A stretch of DNA of 63,935 nucleotides from an uncultured virus (IMG/VR IMGVR_UViG_3300048861_000257) (IMGVR_UViG_3300048861_000257); one strand, 5' to 3'. Shown: positions 19,288 to 29,254, numbered from the stretch's first letter. Notes: a model not told the origin generated them from the sequence alone. Numbers and translations are program-made.

Positions 19288-19757
19288 GATGAGGCCTTTC
19301 GTGCGGAGGTCTGGAGGTCGATCAGCTTCTTGGTCGCGACGGGGTCGCGGAAGTGACCGCCGGCGGGGTCTTCGGCGTGGCGCGTGTGCGCGGACTCGCC
19401 GCTTTCGCGGGTCATGGCGCCGAAGGACGAGCTCCCGCATGAGCAGACGACGGTGAAGAGGTCCGGGTACTTCGTGCTCGGCACGAAGGTGGCGGTATGA
19501 GGGACCTCGAGCGCCTGCTCCAGCGCAGCGAAGTCGGCCTGGTCGAGCACGACGTACTCGGCCACGCGCGACAGCACTTCTGGGTCGGAGCCGAGGCTCT
19601 CGTCGTAGTGGTACTCGTGGGGAGCGAGTAAGGCGTGCGTGTCGTCGGACGGGTTGTCGAGCAGTTCGCGCCAGTTCTCGGGGAGCTTGGACTCCTCGAT
19701 GTCGATCGAGAAGCGCTCGGTGGTCGTGGTGGTCCAGTTGATCTTCACTTTGCCCAT
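19284..19757 (-). CDS. Hypothetical protein
   Basis: AAGGAGG RBS. Confidence 0.65.
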   Translation of the reverse strand: MGKVKINWTTTTTERFSIDIEESKLPENWRELLDNPSDDTHALLAPHEYHYDESLGSDPEVLSRVAEYVVLDQADFAALEQALEVPHTATFVPSTKYPDLFTVVCSCGSSSFGAMTRESGESAHTRHAEDPAGGHFRDPVATKKLIDLQTSARKASS

Positions 19758-19805
19758 GCGGGATCGCCTCCTTCGGCGTGTGTGTGGGTGGGTCGCGGTC
19801 GAGGT

Positions 19806-20450
19806 TCAGTCCTCGTCCTCGTCGTCAAGCTCGCCGTCGTACTCGATGCCGAGGCGATCAGCGATCTTGCGCCAGTACTGCAGCTCGGCGGCGTTCTGGC
19901 CGGCGATGGAGTGAGTGGAGTCGATGCGGCCCCACTGCTCGGCGATCCACTCGAGCATTTCGCTGCCCGGCCATTCCTCGTGGGATCCGAGGAGCGCTGC
20001 GGTGAACTTCCCGAGCCGCGCGTAGCGGCTCATGGTGACGATCGTTCCGAGGGAACCGATGTTGTCGTAGTAGGTCTGGAGCTTGTCGCGGGCCTCGAGG
20101 AGCTCACTCTCCACGTTCGCAAGGACTGCGATCTCCTCCGACCAGTCATTGCTCTTGTCGGTGGCCATGAACTCCATGACCTGGCTCAGCTCGGCATCGT
20201 GGGCCGTGGTGACGATCGGCTTGCTGGTCGCCTGGGCCCGCTCCTCCTGAAGGGCGGAGCGGATCGCGCTCTCGCGGTACGCCGTCATGTCGGCGTCGGT
20301 GAGGCTGCGCAGGTCGTGATCGGCGGAGCCGTCGGGGCGCTCGACGCGGACCTCGATCGTGAGGTGGCGGTCGTCGTTGCGGAAGTGCTCGTCGAGTTTG
20401 TCGACGCCGGAACGGACGCCGCGCTCGAAGTCGGTGAGAATCTCGGGCAT
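19806..20450 (-). CDS. Hypothetical protein
   Basis: RBS, acidic helical composition. Confidence 0.7.
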   Translation of the reverse strand: MPEILTDFERGVRSGVDKLDEHFRNDDRHLTIEVRVERPDGSADHDLRSLTDADMTAYRESAIRSALQEERAQATSKPIVTTAHDAELSQVMEFMATDKSNDWSEEIAVLANVESELLEARDKLQTYYDNIGSLGTIVTMSRYARLGKFTAALLGSHEEWPGSEMLEWIAEQWGRIDSTHSIAGQNAAELQYWRKIADRLGIEYDGELDDEDED

Positions 20451-20486
20451 GTCAGCCTCGTCTCCTTGCAGATTTCAGGGTCGGTA

Positions 20487-20528
20487 GATGCGCGAAGGGG
20501 CCCTGACGTGATGTCAGAGCCCCTTCGG
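20487..20528. repeat. Hairpin/boundary repeat copy 1 (GATGCGCGAAGGGGCCCTG)
   Basis: 19-bp exact match to 22456-22474; forms stem with CAGAGCCCCTTCG. Confidence 0.7.
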
Positions 20529-20545
20529 TGGCGGTGGTGCTTGAG

Positions 20546-20890
20546 TTACTTCGTGATCGCGTTGTTCAGGCTGTCGGCCATCTTCTGGGCTGTGTCGCGG
20601 CTCGCGTAACGGATGACGATGCGGCTCGCGTTGCGGTGCTTGCGGGCGCCGCGGTGGATGTAGAACTGCTTCTCGTACGCGCCGTCCGTGCCGACCTCCC
20701 AGCTCGCACTCTCGGCGGGGTCGCGGGGGTCGTCGCCGAGCTCGGTGTTCTCGCTGAGCAGGTTGTCGAGTGCCTCGTGCGGAGTATCCCCAAAAGCTCG
20801 GAGCTTCTCGTCGCCGTAATCGACCTGCGCGGTCCAGGGGCGGTCACCGTTGGCGGTGCCACGGTCATAGTCGTCAAGGGTGATCTTCAT
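20546..20890 (-). CDS. Hypothetical protein (MKITLDD)
   Basis: AAGGAGGAG RBS; tight packing. Confidence 0.65.
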   Translation of the reverse strand: MKITLDDYDRGTANGDRPWTAQVDYGDEKLRAFGDTPHEALDNLLSENTELGDDPRDPAESASWEVGTDGAYEKQFYIHRGARKHRNASRIVIRYASRDTAQKMADSLNNAITK

Positions 20891-20892
20891 GG

Positions 20893-21222
20893 TCACTCCT
20901 CCTTCTCCTTGCCGGTGACCAGCTCTGCTGAGTAGTCGTCGGTGTCGTCGTTGTAGATGACCCAGAGCTTCCCGGAATGGGTAAATGTCGGCCCCTCGCC
21001 GTCGCGACCCTCGATGGTGACGATCTCGCCGCCCATCTCGTACTCGTTGCCCCACCACGACTCGCCCACGAGCCGGACCGTTTGTCCGACTGCGAAGTCG
21101 CTGGTTCCCGCGGGGTTGTCGCCGATGGGGTACGCGAGGTCTACGGCCTCCCGCGCCTCGGCGCGGGTGAGACCGAGGTGGCGCAAGGCCTCAGCTGCGC
21201 GCGTGATCCGCGAGGCGGTCAC
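20893..21222 (-). CDS. Hypothetical protein
   Basis: Coupled; N-terminal ...AVDLAYP motif shared with 21696-22055. Confidence 0.65.
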   Translation of the reverse strand: MTASRITRAAEALRHLGLTRAEAREAVDLAYPIGDNPAGTSDFAVGQTVRLVGESWWGNEYEMGGEIVTIEGRDGEGPTFTHSGKLWVIYNDDTDDYSAELVTGKEKEE

Positions 21223-21692
21223 GACTCACTCCGGCTCTCGCCCATCGCCTCGAACCATTCGGCATCCGTCATGTCGTTCTCGACTTCGGAGGCGCCCCAG
21301 GCGAAGCGGGGGTCGCGGTGCTTCTTGGGGTTGCGCGCGTAGTCGGCGGCCCTGCGCCCGAGGTCACGCGCGACGGCCTCGTCGAGAGGCTCGTCATCCT
21401 CGTCCTCGTCATCGTCGTAGGGGCTGCGGTACTCGATGTCGAAGTAGCCGGCGACGTCGACGAGAGCGTCGTGCTCGGAATCGTTGGAGTCGCCCTCGAG
21501 CGCGTCCTTCACATCCCCACCGACGACGTCGATGAAGTGCTTGCGAGCGGCAGCCTCGGCCTGCTTGGCGATGGCTGTGACGATCTCGCCCTCGCTCTTC
21601 TGATACTCGGTCAGCGTGACACCGGACGCGAGCACGAGGAGTCGGACGTTGTCCTCGATCGCTTCGGCGATCGTTTCAGCGGGGGTGGCCAT
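21219..21692 (-). CDS. Hypothetical acidic protein
   Basis: GGAGGA RBS; coupled. Confidence 0.7.
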   Translation of the reverse strand: MATPAETIAEAIEDNVRLLVLASGVTLTEYQKSEGEIVTAIAKQAEAAARKHFIDVVGGDVKDALEGDSNDSEHDALVDVAGYFDIEYRSPYDDDEDEDDEPLDEAVARDLGRRAADYARNPKKHRDPRFAWGASEVENDMTDAEWFEAMGESRSES

Positions 21693-21695
21693 GGG

Positions 21696-22055
21696 TCAGT
21701 CCTCCTGGGCTGTTTCGTCGGGGGTAGTGGGGTCGGTCGGGTGGTCGTACGTGAAGCCGGCTTCGCGGCCGCGGCGCTGGGAGACCGCGACCATGGCGTC
21801 CCAGGCGGTGGGAGCCTGAGCGTGCTCGGACCAGGCGGTGTCGTTTAGCTCAACGGGGTTGGCCTTGCCCGGGACGGCAGCGCAGCTCCAGGGCTCGCCG
21901 TCCGACTCGTCCATGCCGAGCACCGTCCACCATGGGTGTTCATCGGCGGGCTGCTCGGCGGCGGGGTAGGCCAGGTCGACGGCGCGGAGGGCTTGGTCGC
22001 GGGTGATCTCCATGTCCTTCATCTGTTCGGCTGCGTGGTCGATGGTCAAGCTCAT
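21696..22055 (-). CDS. Hypothetical protein
   Basis: GGAGG RBS; AVDLAYP motif. Confidence 0.65.
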   Translation of the reverse strand: MSLTIDHAAEQMKDMEITRDQALRAVDLAYPAAEQPADEHPWWTVLGMDESDGEPWSCAAVPGKANPVELNDTAWSEHAQAPTAWDAMVAVSQRRGREAGFTYDHPTDPTTPDETAQED

Positions 22056-22058
22056 GGG

Positions 22059-22418
22059 TCAGCCCTCCTGGGTGATCGTGACGATGAATGGGAAGTCCCA
22101 CGTCGAGTAGATGAGCATCGGGTCTTCGAGGCCGCCGGGCTGTTCGCGGGCGTCCCAGACGTCGAGCGTCACGCCGTTGGCGTAGACGGAGGCGAGCACG
22201 ATGCCGTCGTAGTCGCCTTGGTCGTCGGGAAACGTCCATGCGCGTTGCACGTCGTCGTTCTGGGCCGACCAGGCCTCGCAGAGTCGGGAGGCGTCGTCTT
22301 GCGTGAGCGCGGCGGCGAGCGTGTGGTTCAGGTCGTCGTGCTCGTACACCACGGCCGTCGTCGTGGTGATCGACGGGCCGGAGCCCTCGGGGCCGACGCT
22401 GATGGTGGTGGTGGTCAT
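22059..22418 (-). CDS. Hypothetical protein
   Basis: AGAGGA RBS. Confidence 0.65.
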   Translation of the reverse strand: MTTTTISVGPEGSGPSITTTTAVVYEHDDLNHTLAAALTQDDASRLCEAWSAQNDDVQRAWTFPDDQGDYDGIVLASVYANGVTLDVWDAREQPGGLEDPMLIYSTWDFPFIVTITQEG

Positions 22419-22455
22419 GGATCCTCTCCTTGGAGGTGTCGATCGGGGGATGGTC

Positions 22456-22499
22456 GATGCGCGAAGGGGCCCTGGTTTGGATGCCAGGGCCCCTTCGCG
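22456..22499. repeat. Hairpin/boundary repeat copy 2, after polymerase gene
   Basis: CGCGAAGGGGCCCTGG / CCAGGGCCCCTTCGCG. Confidence 0.7.
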
Positions 22500-22508
22500 G
22501 TGGTGTTG

Positions 22509-25500
22509 CTATTCGTCGTCGCCGGAGGCCTCATCGAGTGCGTCACCGGTGTCGCCGGCGTCCTCGGCGCTGTTCTTCCAGTTCTTCTCGTAGGTGCTCA
22601 TGAGCATCTCGAGATAGACGTCGAGATCCAGGCAACCGAGGAGGTCACGCAAGGCGCTTTCCTCCATGCACAGCAGGTCGCCGTTCTCGATGAGCACGTT
22701 CCAGGACGGGTCGATGCCGGTGATCCGGCGTACGGCGACGTCCTGGTCTTCCGGGAGCAACTCCCGGTTGAACTGCTGCGCGTCGACGCGGGTGCGCGCG
22801 TAGCCGTTGGCCCGCAGGATCTCCAGGGCCACCGGATCGGTGGCCACCGGGCTGAGGCCGTCCTTCTTGCGCTTCAGCTTCGAGGCGGGGTTCACCATCC
22901 ACGCACCGGCCGCCCGGAGAGACACCGCGCCAGGCTTGCCCTGGTGCACGATGAACATCCGGTTGTAGTGCTGCAGCGTCCGCGGGTTCACGACCGCCTC
23001 GGGGTCCGGATTCACCGGGTCGATGGGGTCCGAGGCGAACGGGATGGTGATCTTGCCGTTGCTGGCCACGATGACGTTCTGGAACAGGCGAGCCGCCAGC
23101 ACCGGATCGTTGTCGCGAATCGCCTCGATCAGCAGCTGCTTGCCGAGGCGACGGTCCATCGGTTCCGCGAGGCTGATCGGGGTGTCCCGCCAGGACGGGA
23201 TGAACCCGCCAGCCGCGTACCTCAGGTACCGCGCCAACGCCCAGTCGAGCACCGCGGGGTGCGCGAGGCTCTTCGTGGGCTGCGGCTCCTCGTGGCACGC
23301 GAGCGTCCCACCGGATGCCGAGAGGATCTCCGCCTCCCAAATCGGCGTGTCGGGGTCCTTCGGCACCTCCAGCTCGAGTCGGTTGTTCGAGTCCTTGCTC
23401 ACGATGAACAAGGGCTCCGGCTCGATCTCGACGTTGATGAGTGCCTGCTGCTCGGCGAGCACTCGGTTGTTGGTCTCCTCGTCCAGGACGGAGTAGAGGC
23501 CATCGGTGTTCGTCGAAATGATGCGCGCGCCGGCCAGGGTCTGTGCTTGACCGATCCGCCAGGAGAAGAGCTGCCCGATGATCCGCATGGAGATGATGGC
23601 GTTGTTCACTCGGATCGGCGTGTAATGTGCCGTATCGCCGGCGCCGGATGCCGAGTTCAGGATGAGCTTCGTCCCGTTGCGGAGAACGCCCAGACGGGTC
23701 TTCTCCTCGGACTCCAAGCCCGGGGCCTTCATCATCTTCCCGTAGCGGTCCTTGTCGGCGAGGATCTTCGCGTACCGGTCCTCGCCGAGGTCGGCGTTGT
23801 AGAACGCGCTCATGTTGCGGAGCATGTTCGGGTAGTAGCTCGTGAAGTCCTCGTGAATGGCCAGGGCCATCGACGTGTAGGTGTACTTCGGGTTCAACTT
23901 CGTCGATCCGTCAGTACTCGCCTTGAAGAGCTCCGGCTTCGCGATTCCCGGCTTGTAGCCGATCCCCGGGAAGTTCTTCGCGACCTCCCAGTACCGCTCT
24001 CCGTCGAACTGGCCGGCCGGGATAGTTGCCCATCCCGGGTAGGCCGCCTCAAGAGCTTCAGACATCGCCGTGAGGGCTTTGATCGTCGACTTCGAGGTCA
24101 GGACCTCGGAGTGCTGCACGACACGCCCATCAGACAGGGTGACCCCACCCTTGGCGGTGCGCACCGTGAGCGGGTCGCGGTACTCCCGCTTGACGGCGTT
24201 CAGCAGCTCCTGCTTCGGCCGCCACGTCCTGAGGTCCTGCTCGTACCGAGCCATATCGGCCTCGGCACCGTGGATGCCACCAGTGGAGAAGGTGGCGAAG
24301 CAGGTCGACGGCGAGCCGTCGGCGTTGAAGTAGGGCAGGTTGTTCGGCGCCTTCGGCACGAGCGCCAGGATCTCGGCGCGCGCCCCATTGGGGTGAGCGC
24401 TGGCGTACTCCTCGGAGTCGTTGAAGTTCCGGCCCTCGATCGACTTGTAGTAGGCGTAGACCTCGTCGAACCGGGCGCGGGCGTCCGGGTCTGAGATGTT
24501 GTCGTAGAAGAAGATGCGGCACTCCTCCAGCACATTCACGCGCTGGATGCCGCGCTCTCGGGCGACCATCTCCGAGGGGTACATGTAGCTCACGCCTTCG
24601 AGATCTCGGAGGTTGCCGTACGGGCTGAGAATCAGACCGACCAACTTCGCAGAGGACGCGTCGGGGGTGAGCCGGCCGCGGCGGACCGCCTTGGGGTGGA
24701 TGTTCGGCTGTCCGTCGTGCTTGGACTTCTCGTAGATCGTCTCCGGGTACTCGTCGATCAGACCCTTCTTGAGGTCGAAGCCCGATGAGTAGATGTCGTG
24801 CTCGAAGAGCTTCGCGAGCCCGACTACATCCGAGACGTTGTAGGCCAGCAGGTCGTAGAGGTCCTTCAGCGTCCGTACGGTCGCGTTGTGAGCTCCGAGC
24901 TGGTCGCTCTCCATGATCTGCCGTCCGAGACCACCGAGCAGTCGCTTCAGGCCGACGCGCTGCTGGGCCTCGTTGAGGCGTGCGATGTCGATGTGGCGTC
25001 CAGAGTTCATCATCGCGCTACGGATCTTGTTCGGGACGCTGGCCCACTTCTTGCCATCGGCCACCCGGCCGTCGGTGAGGTACCGGGGCATGTAGGACTT
25101 GAACGGCTCCTGGAACAACTCGTCGTTGTACCCGCGCATCCGGCTGGCCGCGGGCGCGGTGAAACCGGTCATCGGGTGCTGGTTCTCGCGCAGCGCACGG
25201 GGCAGGTGCGAGAAGGCTTCCATGAGGTAGAGCGCGAGGATCGTCGTGTCGTAGTTGAACGAGTTGTAGCCGGCGAAGTAGGGGTGCGTCTCGAACGGGT
25301 CGTAGTCGGGGTCGGTGTCGCACACCGGCCGGAGGAACGACGAGTAGTTGGACACCGAGTCCGGGTCATTCACCGAGTCCGCGTCGCTGAGACCGAACAT
25401 CTGAGCCAACGCGAGGTTGCCGGTCCAGGTGGACAGGTCGTGGAAGAGCACCGTGCGAGTGAGCCCGTTCTCGACCTGGTAGGCGGGGTTCGCCTCCAGA

Positions 25501-25733
25501 ATCGTCCGGGCGGCGGCCGCCGTCTCGAACGGTGTTGCAGCAAGCTCGGAAGCGAGCTCACCGGTGGGGTCGACGAGGTAGAAGACGTCGATCGTGTTGG
25601 TGCGCGGCGAGTAGGCGCAGAGCGTGAAGACGTTCTCCAGCGACTCGATGTCGTAGAAGGTGAAGGCGGCCGTCTTGGCCGTCACCGGCCGCTTGGTCGT
25701 GGTCGGGGTGGGCGCCAGGAGTGCTTGTGACAT
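22509..25733 (-). CDS. Family B DNA polymerase, phage-type, with 3'-5' exonuclease (start MSQALLA)
   Basis: ExoI FYDIES, ExoII GYNSFNYD, ExoIII YNVSDV; PolA DFTSYYPN, PolB KLILNSASG, PolC STNTDG. Confidence 0.9.
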   Translation of the reverse strand: MSQALLAPTPTTTKRPVTAKTAAFTFYDIESLENVFTLCAYSPRTNTIDVFYLVDPTGELASELAATPFETAAAARTILEANPAYQVENGLTRTVLFHDLSTWTGNLALAQMFGLSDADSVNDPDSVSNYSSFLRPVCDTDPDYDPFETHPYFAGYNSFNYDTTILALYLMEAFSHLPRALRENQHPMTGFTAPAASRMRGYNDELFQEPFKSYMPRYLTDGRVADGKKWASVPNKIRSAMMNSGRHIDIARLNEAQQRVGLKRLLGGLGRQIMESDQLGAHNATVRTLKDLYDLLAYNVSDVVGLAKLFEHDIYSSGFDLKKGLIDEYPETIYEKSKHDGQPNIHPKAVRRGRLTPDASSAKLVGLILSPYGNLRDLEGVSYMYPSEMVARERGIQRVNVLEECRIFFYDNISDPDARARFDEVYAYYKSIEGRNFNDSEEYASAHPNGARAEILALVPKAPNNLPYFNADGSPSTCFATFSTGGIHGAEADMARYEQDLRTWRPKQELLNAVKREYRDPLTVRTAKGGVTLSDGRVVQHSEVLTSKSTIKALTAMSEALEAAYPGWATIPAGQFDGERYWEVAKNFPGIGYKPGIAKPELFKASTDGSTKLNPKYTYTSMALAIHEDFTSYYPNMLRNMSAFYNADLGEDRYAKILADKDRYGKMMKAPGLESEEKTRLGVLRNGTKLILNSASGAGDTAHYTPIRVNNAIISMRIIGQLFSWRIGQAQTLAGARIISTNTDGLYSVLDEETNNRVLAEQQALINVEIEPEPLFIVSKDSNNRLELEVPKDPDTPIWEAEILSASGGTLACHEEPQPTKSLAHPAVLDWALARYLRYAAGGFIPSWRDTPISLAEPMDRRLGKQLLIEAIRDNDPVLAARLFQNVIVASNGKITIPFASDPIDPVNPDPEAVVNPRTLQHYNRMFIVHQGKPGAVSLRAAGAWMVNPASKLKRKKDGLSPVATDPVALEILRANGYARTRVDAQQFNRELLPEDQDVAVRRITGIDPSWNVLIENGDLLCMEESALRDLLGCLDLDVYLEMLMSTYEKNWKNSAEDAGDTGDALDEASGDDE

Positions 25734-25764
25734 GCGGCGGTTCCTTCCTGGTGAGGTCAGTGGA

Positions 25765-26313
25765 TCAGGTGGTGATGTGGTCGGATGCGGCAGGAGCTTC
25801 GAGCGCTTCAGCGACGAACGCGCCGGCGATGACGAGGTTCTCCTCGCGGTCCTTGCTGGGGAACCAGTCGCAGTCTGGCCATGGCCAACCACCGGGCGGC
25901 GCATAGCTGCCGTCGGGGTTGTGCCAGCCGTCGGCGCCTGATTCGGCGACCAGGAGATAGCACTCGGCCGCCTTCATCAGGTCGCGGCGCGTCGCGTCGC
26001 GGTGGTCTTCCAGGCGGAACCCGCCGTGGTGCTCGGCCGCGACGCGGGCGATGCCTGGTGTGAGCAGCCGACCGTCATCCGGGAGCGCGGTCAGAGCGGC
26101 GCTTGCCGCTCGCAGCGTTTTCGCCATGCGGTGTCGTGTGAAGTCCGCGAGCGGGACGAGCTCGCCGCGACGGGTTCCGTCGGCGAGGAACGCGCATCCG
26201 TCGAGCTCAGAGACGAGGGTCGAGATCGCGCTCTTCTCAGGAGCCACTTCGGAGGGCTGAACGCGCGGCCGTTGGTGAGCGGCCAGAATCGCTTCGTAGA
26301 TCGGTTCAGACAT
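25765..26313 (-). CDS. Phage-type hypothetical protein (MSEPIYE)
   Basis: C-terminal WPW..WFP..REENLVIAGA pattern recurrent in phage proteins. Confidence 0.65.
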   Translation of the reverse strand: MSEPIYEAILAAHQRPRVQPSEVAPEKSAISTLVSELDGCAFLADGTRRGELVPLADFTRHRMAKTLRAASAALTALPDDGRLLTPGIARVAAEHHGGFRLEDHRDATRRDLMKAAECYLLVAESGADGWHNPDGSYAPPGGWPWPDCDWFPSKDREENLVIAGAFVAEALEAPAASDHITT

Positions 26314-26845
26314 CGGTGCTCCTCTGGTTGGCGGCGGATGGGTTGGTCCCGAGCACGGCTTGCACGAGGAGGGTGGCGAGCCAGGGTGCACCGAGCTCGT
26401 CGCGCTTCTGGACGGGGTCGATGCCGTGGTCCCGAAGGACCTGTTCGACGGCCTCTTCAGCACGAAGCTGCACAACCTCTGCGCTGACCACCGTCGTGAG
26501 AGGTGGCACGACGGCGCTCGGCCGTTCGGAGTCGGCGGGTGTCGTTGGTACGAGGGCGACCTGGATGCTTCCGCGGCCGTCACACCTCGTGCAGGTGACG
26601 ACGTTCAGCCGTTCGACCTCGAAGTCGTCGAGGTAGTGAGTCTCGTTCTCGTCGAGGTCGTCGTGCTCCACTGAACAGTCGAGGTCGACGGACCGCCCGA
26701 ACCGGCTGGAGTGGTCCGTGCTGCGCACGACGCCCTCGTGGCGGGTCACGAAGACGGAACGGGCTTCGGGGGTTCCGAGGCCGGCGTGGCCCTCGTAGCT
26801 GGAGAGGCGGATCTGGTCACCCACACGGATGTCGCTCATGTTCAC
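26306..26845 (-). CDS. Hypothetical protein
   Basis: Co-oriented, overlap with next gene; CTRCDGRG motif. Confidence 0.6.
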   Translation of the reverse strand: MNMSDIRVGDQIRLSSYEGHAGLGTPEARSVFVTRHEGVVRSTDHSSRFGRSVDLDCSVEHDDLDENETHYLDDFEVERLNVVTCTRCDGRGSIQVALVPTTPADSERPSAVVPPLTTVVSAEVVQLRAEEAVEQVLRDHGIDPVQKRDELGAPWLATLLVQAVLGTNPSAANQRSTDV

Positions 26846-26920
26846 TCCTCGCGTTTCTGCCGTCGTGGCGGCACATGGGTTCGTGCCGGTGCGCTGTCTT
26901 GCAGCGCACCGGCGTGGGGG

Positions 26921-28558
26921 CTACGAGTCGTCCTCGTCGTCCGTTGCGGCCACAGCGGTCTGCCGCTGAAGGCCGCGGTACATCGGTGCCACCTGGTCGA
27001 AGGTGCTGCGCTTGAGCGCGTCCGTGCCCGAGTAGGCCTGGTTCATCCAGTCCTTGAGGTCGAACCGGGCGATCAGCGGCTCGGGCTGGTCCATCTTGTT
27101 GCCCGAGCGGATGTTCTTCGTCTTGTCGTCGCAGTACCAGCGCGGCGACTTCTGGATGATGCCGAAGAGGTCGCTGGCGAAGACGTTGCGCCCGATCGGT
27201 GAACCGGACGGGTTGGTCTTCGCGAACCAGGCCTTATAGAGGTCGTAGAGGAACGAGAAGGGCAGCAAGTCCCAGGTGAACGCCTCTTCGAACTCCTCCC
27301 AGAACGAGCGGACGGGGTCGTTGAACCCCTTGTACTCCTCGAGCACCAGCCGGGTGGCTTCGGGCTCGGAGAGCACGTGGTAGTCCATGTGCAGCACGCG
27401 CTTGAGCACGTACTTCAGCACCTCGTCACGGGCGACGTAGTCGTCCTTGATGTAGCGCTTCTCGGCTCCGGTGAAGCTCTTCGTGAACGGAACGAAAAGC
27501 TGACGGCGGTAGAAGCTCTCGGACTTGTCTTTGATCCGCGGGAACTCGTTCAGGCACTGCACCATGAAGCCCCAGAACTGGTAGGCGATCGGCGTCTTGT
27601 ACTTCCGGTTGATCGAGATGACGTCGTTGGTGATGATCGCCTTCAGATTCGCCGCGCGGTCGATGAAGGTGCCGACGTCGTTCTCGTCGACGAGGATCGC
27701 GCTGGCCCGTGTCAGCGGCTCCAGGAGGAAGTCCTTGCCGAAGTCGCTGATGGGGATCGAGGCGTAGCTGGCCGTGCCGACGAGGTTCCTCATCAGCTCG
27801 ACCAGCGTTCCCTTGCCGTTGTTGCCCTGCACCGAGTAGAACCAGGCGCTCTTGTTCCAGCGCACGTGGGGCCGGACGATCGCGCCGAGGATCTGCCAGA
27901 GCAAGTCGACGATCTCGTCGTCGTCGCTGAGGGTCTTCATCCACTCCTCGACTTCCCAGGTGTCGCCGTCAGGCGTCTGGATTCCGGGGGAGAGGGCGTT
28001 CCGGTCGTAGTCGACGCGCGCCTTGGAGAGGAAGACGTAGTCGGGGTTGAAGGGTCGCAGCTCCTTGGTCCGGTAGTCGAACAGGCCGTTGTTGACGGCG
28101 ATGAGATCGCGGTCGGAGCAGCGGCTAAGCCGCGGTGCCTCTTCACGCAGCACCGTCATCACCTCGCGGGAGTCGTTGATCGTCAGCTCGCGGTTGTAGA
28201 GCCGGGCGACGCTGCGGATGTGGTCCTCGCTGGTGGCATAGATGCCTTCGTCCTCGCCCTCGTCGACGTAGATCGCCAGGAGGTCGAGGTCGCGGTCGGT
28301 GTTTCTGCCGGAGGGCGCAATCCGCGCTACTCGGTGGAGGCTGATGAGGATCTGCGCGACCTGCGAGAAGGTGAGGCGCTTCAGGAGGTTGATCTTGTGG
28401 CTGCCTTGACGGCCGACGTTCTCGACGCCGAACTCTTTGTTCGTCGCGGCGATGAGGCTCTCCTCGATCGTGGCCGGGCTGGGCAGGTTGTTGCGGTCGA
28501 GGGATGCGAGGTATGTGGTGGTCACCTGCTTGGTGATCTCGTTCTGCGTTTTCGCCAT
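26921..28558 (-). CDS. D5/P4-type primase-associated SF3 helicase (start MAKTQNE)
   Basis: VNNGLFD D5_N motif, GNNGKGT Walker A, LVDEND Walker B, INRKYK, CLNEFP, FYRRQLFVPF. Confidence 0.9.
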   Translation of the reverse strand: MAKTQNEITKQVTTTYLASLDRNNLPSPATIEESLIAATNKEFGVENVGRQGSHKINLLKRLTFSQVAQILISLHRVARIAPSGRNTDRDLDLLAIYVDEGEDEGIYATSEDHIRSVARLYNRELTINDSREVMTVLREEAPRLSRCSDRDLIAVNNGLFDYRTKELRPFNPDYVFLSKARVDYDRNALSPGIQTPDGDTWEVEEWMKTLSDDDEIVDLLWQILGAIVRPHVRWNKSAWFYSVQGNNGKGTLVELMRNLVGTASYASIPISDFGKDFLLEPLTRASAILVDENDVGTFIDRAANLKAIITNDVISINRKYKTPIAYQFWGFMVQCLNEFPRIKDKSESFYRRQLFVPFTKSFTGAEKRYIKDDYVARDEVLKYVLKRVLHMDYHVLSEPEATRLVLEEYKGFNDPVRSFWEEFEEAFTWDLLPFSFLYDLYKAWFAKTNPSGSPIGRNVFASDLFGIIQKSPRWYCDDKTKNIRSGNKMDQPEPLIARFDLKDWMNQAYSGTDALKRSTFDQVAPMYRGLQRQTAVAATDDEDDS

Positions 28559-28738
28559 CGTCTGATGCCTTTCACGGAGTCGGTGCGGGTTCGCCCGGAC
28601 GCCGGCTGGCGGCGCGTTGGGTTGCGATGGAAGTCGCGGTGAACCGCGGTCTGATCTCTGGTTGGGACACCCTCGTTCGGCGGGACAAAGCAAGGCCGCA
28701 CCCCGTGGTGGGGTACGACCTTGCTGTGCGGTGAGGGG

Positions 28739-29254
28739 TTAGAGCTCGCCCATCTCCCGACGAAACCGGCTGATGAGCTGCTCGGTGGGGCTTTCCGGCG
28801 TCGTGAGCGAGACGTGCCGCTCAAGGTGAAGGACGGCAGTCTCGAGCGCGGCTCGGCGCTCGTCTTCGTCGAGGTCCACCGGGTTCTGGGCGGAGAGCTC
28901 GAAGAGCGCTTCCATCGCCTGCCAGAGGTGCGGGTCCCGCGGGAAGGCAAGGTCGAGGATCTGCCAGACCCTGTCTCGGTGGTCCTCAGTGCAGGTGCAC
29001 CCGGGCCCGTGAGGACCGTGGGACGGCTGTTCGGCCTCAGTCGTCTCGGCGGCGACGGGGGAGCTGAGCGCAGCGGCCAATGCCTCCCGCATCAGCGGGG
29101 GCAGTCCCGGGTTGTCGACGAGTTCTGTGAGGAACCCGCGTGCCTGGGCCGGGAGGTCGTCGGCAGCCGTGAAGAACCCGAACGGGGTCTTGAAGACGAA
29201 CAGCGGCGTGGTCTCGTCCTTCTCCGCGTCTGGGTTGTCGGCGGGCGTTGTCAT
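28739..29254 (-). CDS. Hypothetical protein (MTTPADN)
   Basis: Helical, protein-like composition. Confidence 0.65.
   Translation of the reverse strand: MTTPADNPDAEKDETTPLFVFKTPFGFFTAADDLPAQARGFLTELVDNPGLPPLMREALAAALSSPVAAETTEAEQPSHGPHGPGCTCTEDHRDRVWQILDLAFPRDPHLWQAMEALFELSAQNPVDLDEDERRAALETAVLHLERHVSLTTPESPTEQLISRFRREMGEL

Noticed and set aside
28648..28659. 12-bp exact match GGTCTGATCTCT with 62040-62051, both upstream of minus-strand genes
   Set aside because: Only two copies; a 12-mer match is expected by chance in 64 kb
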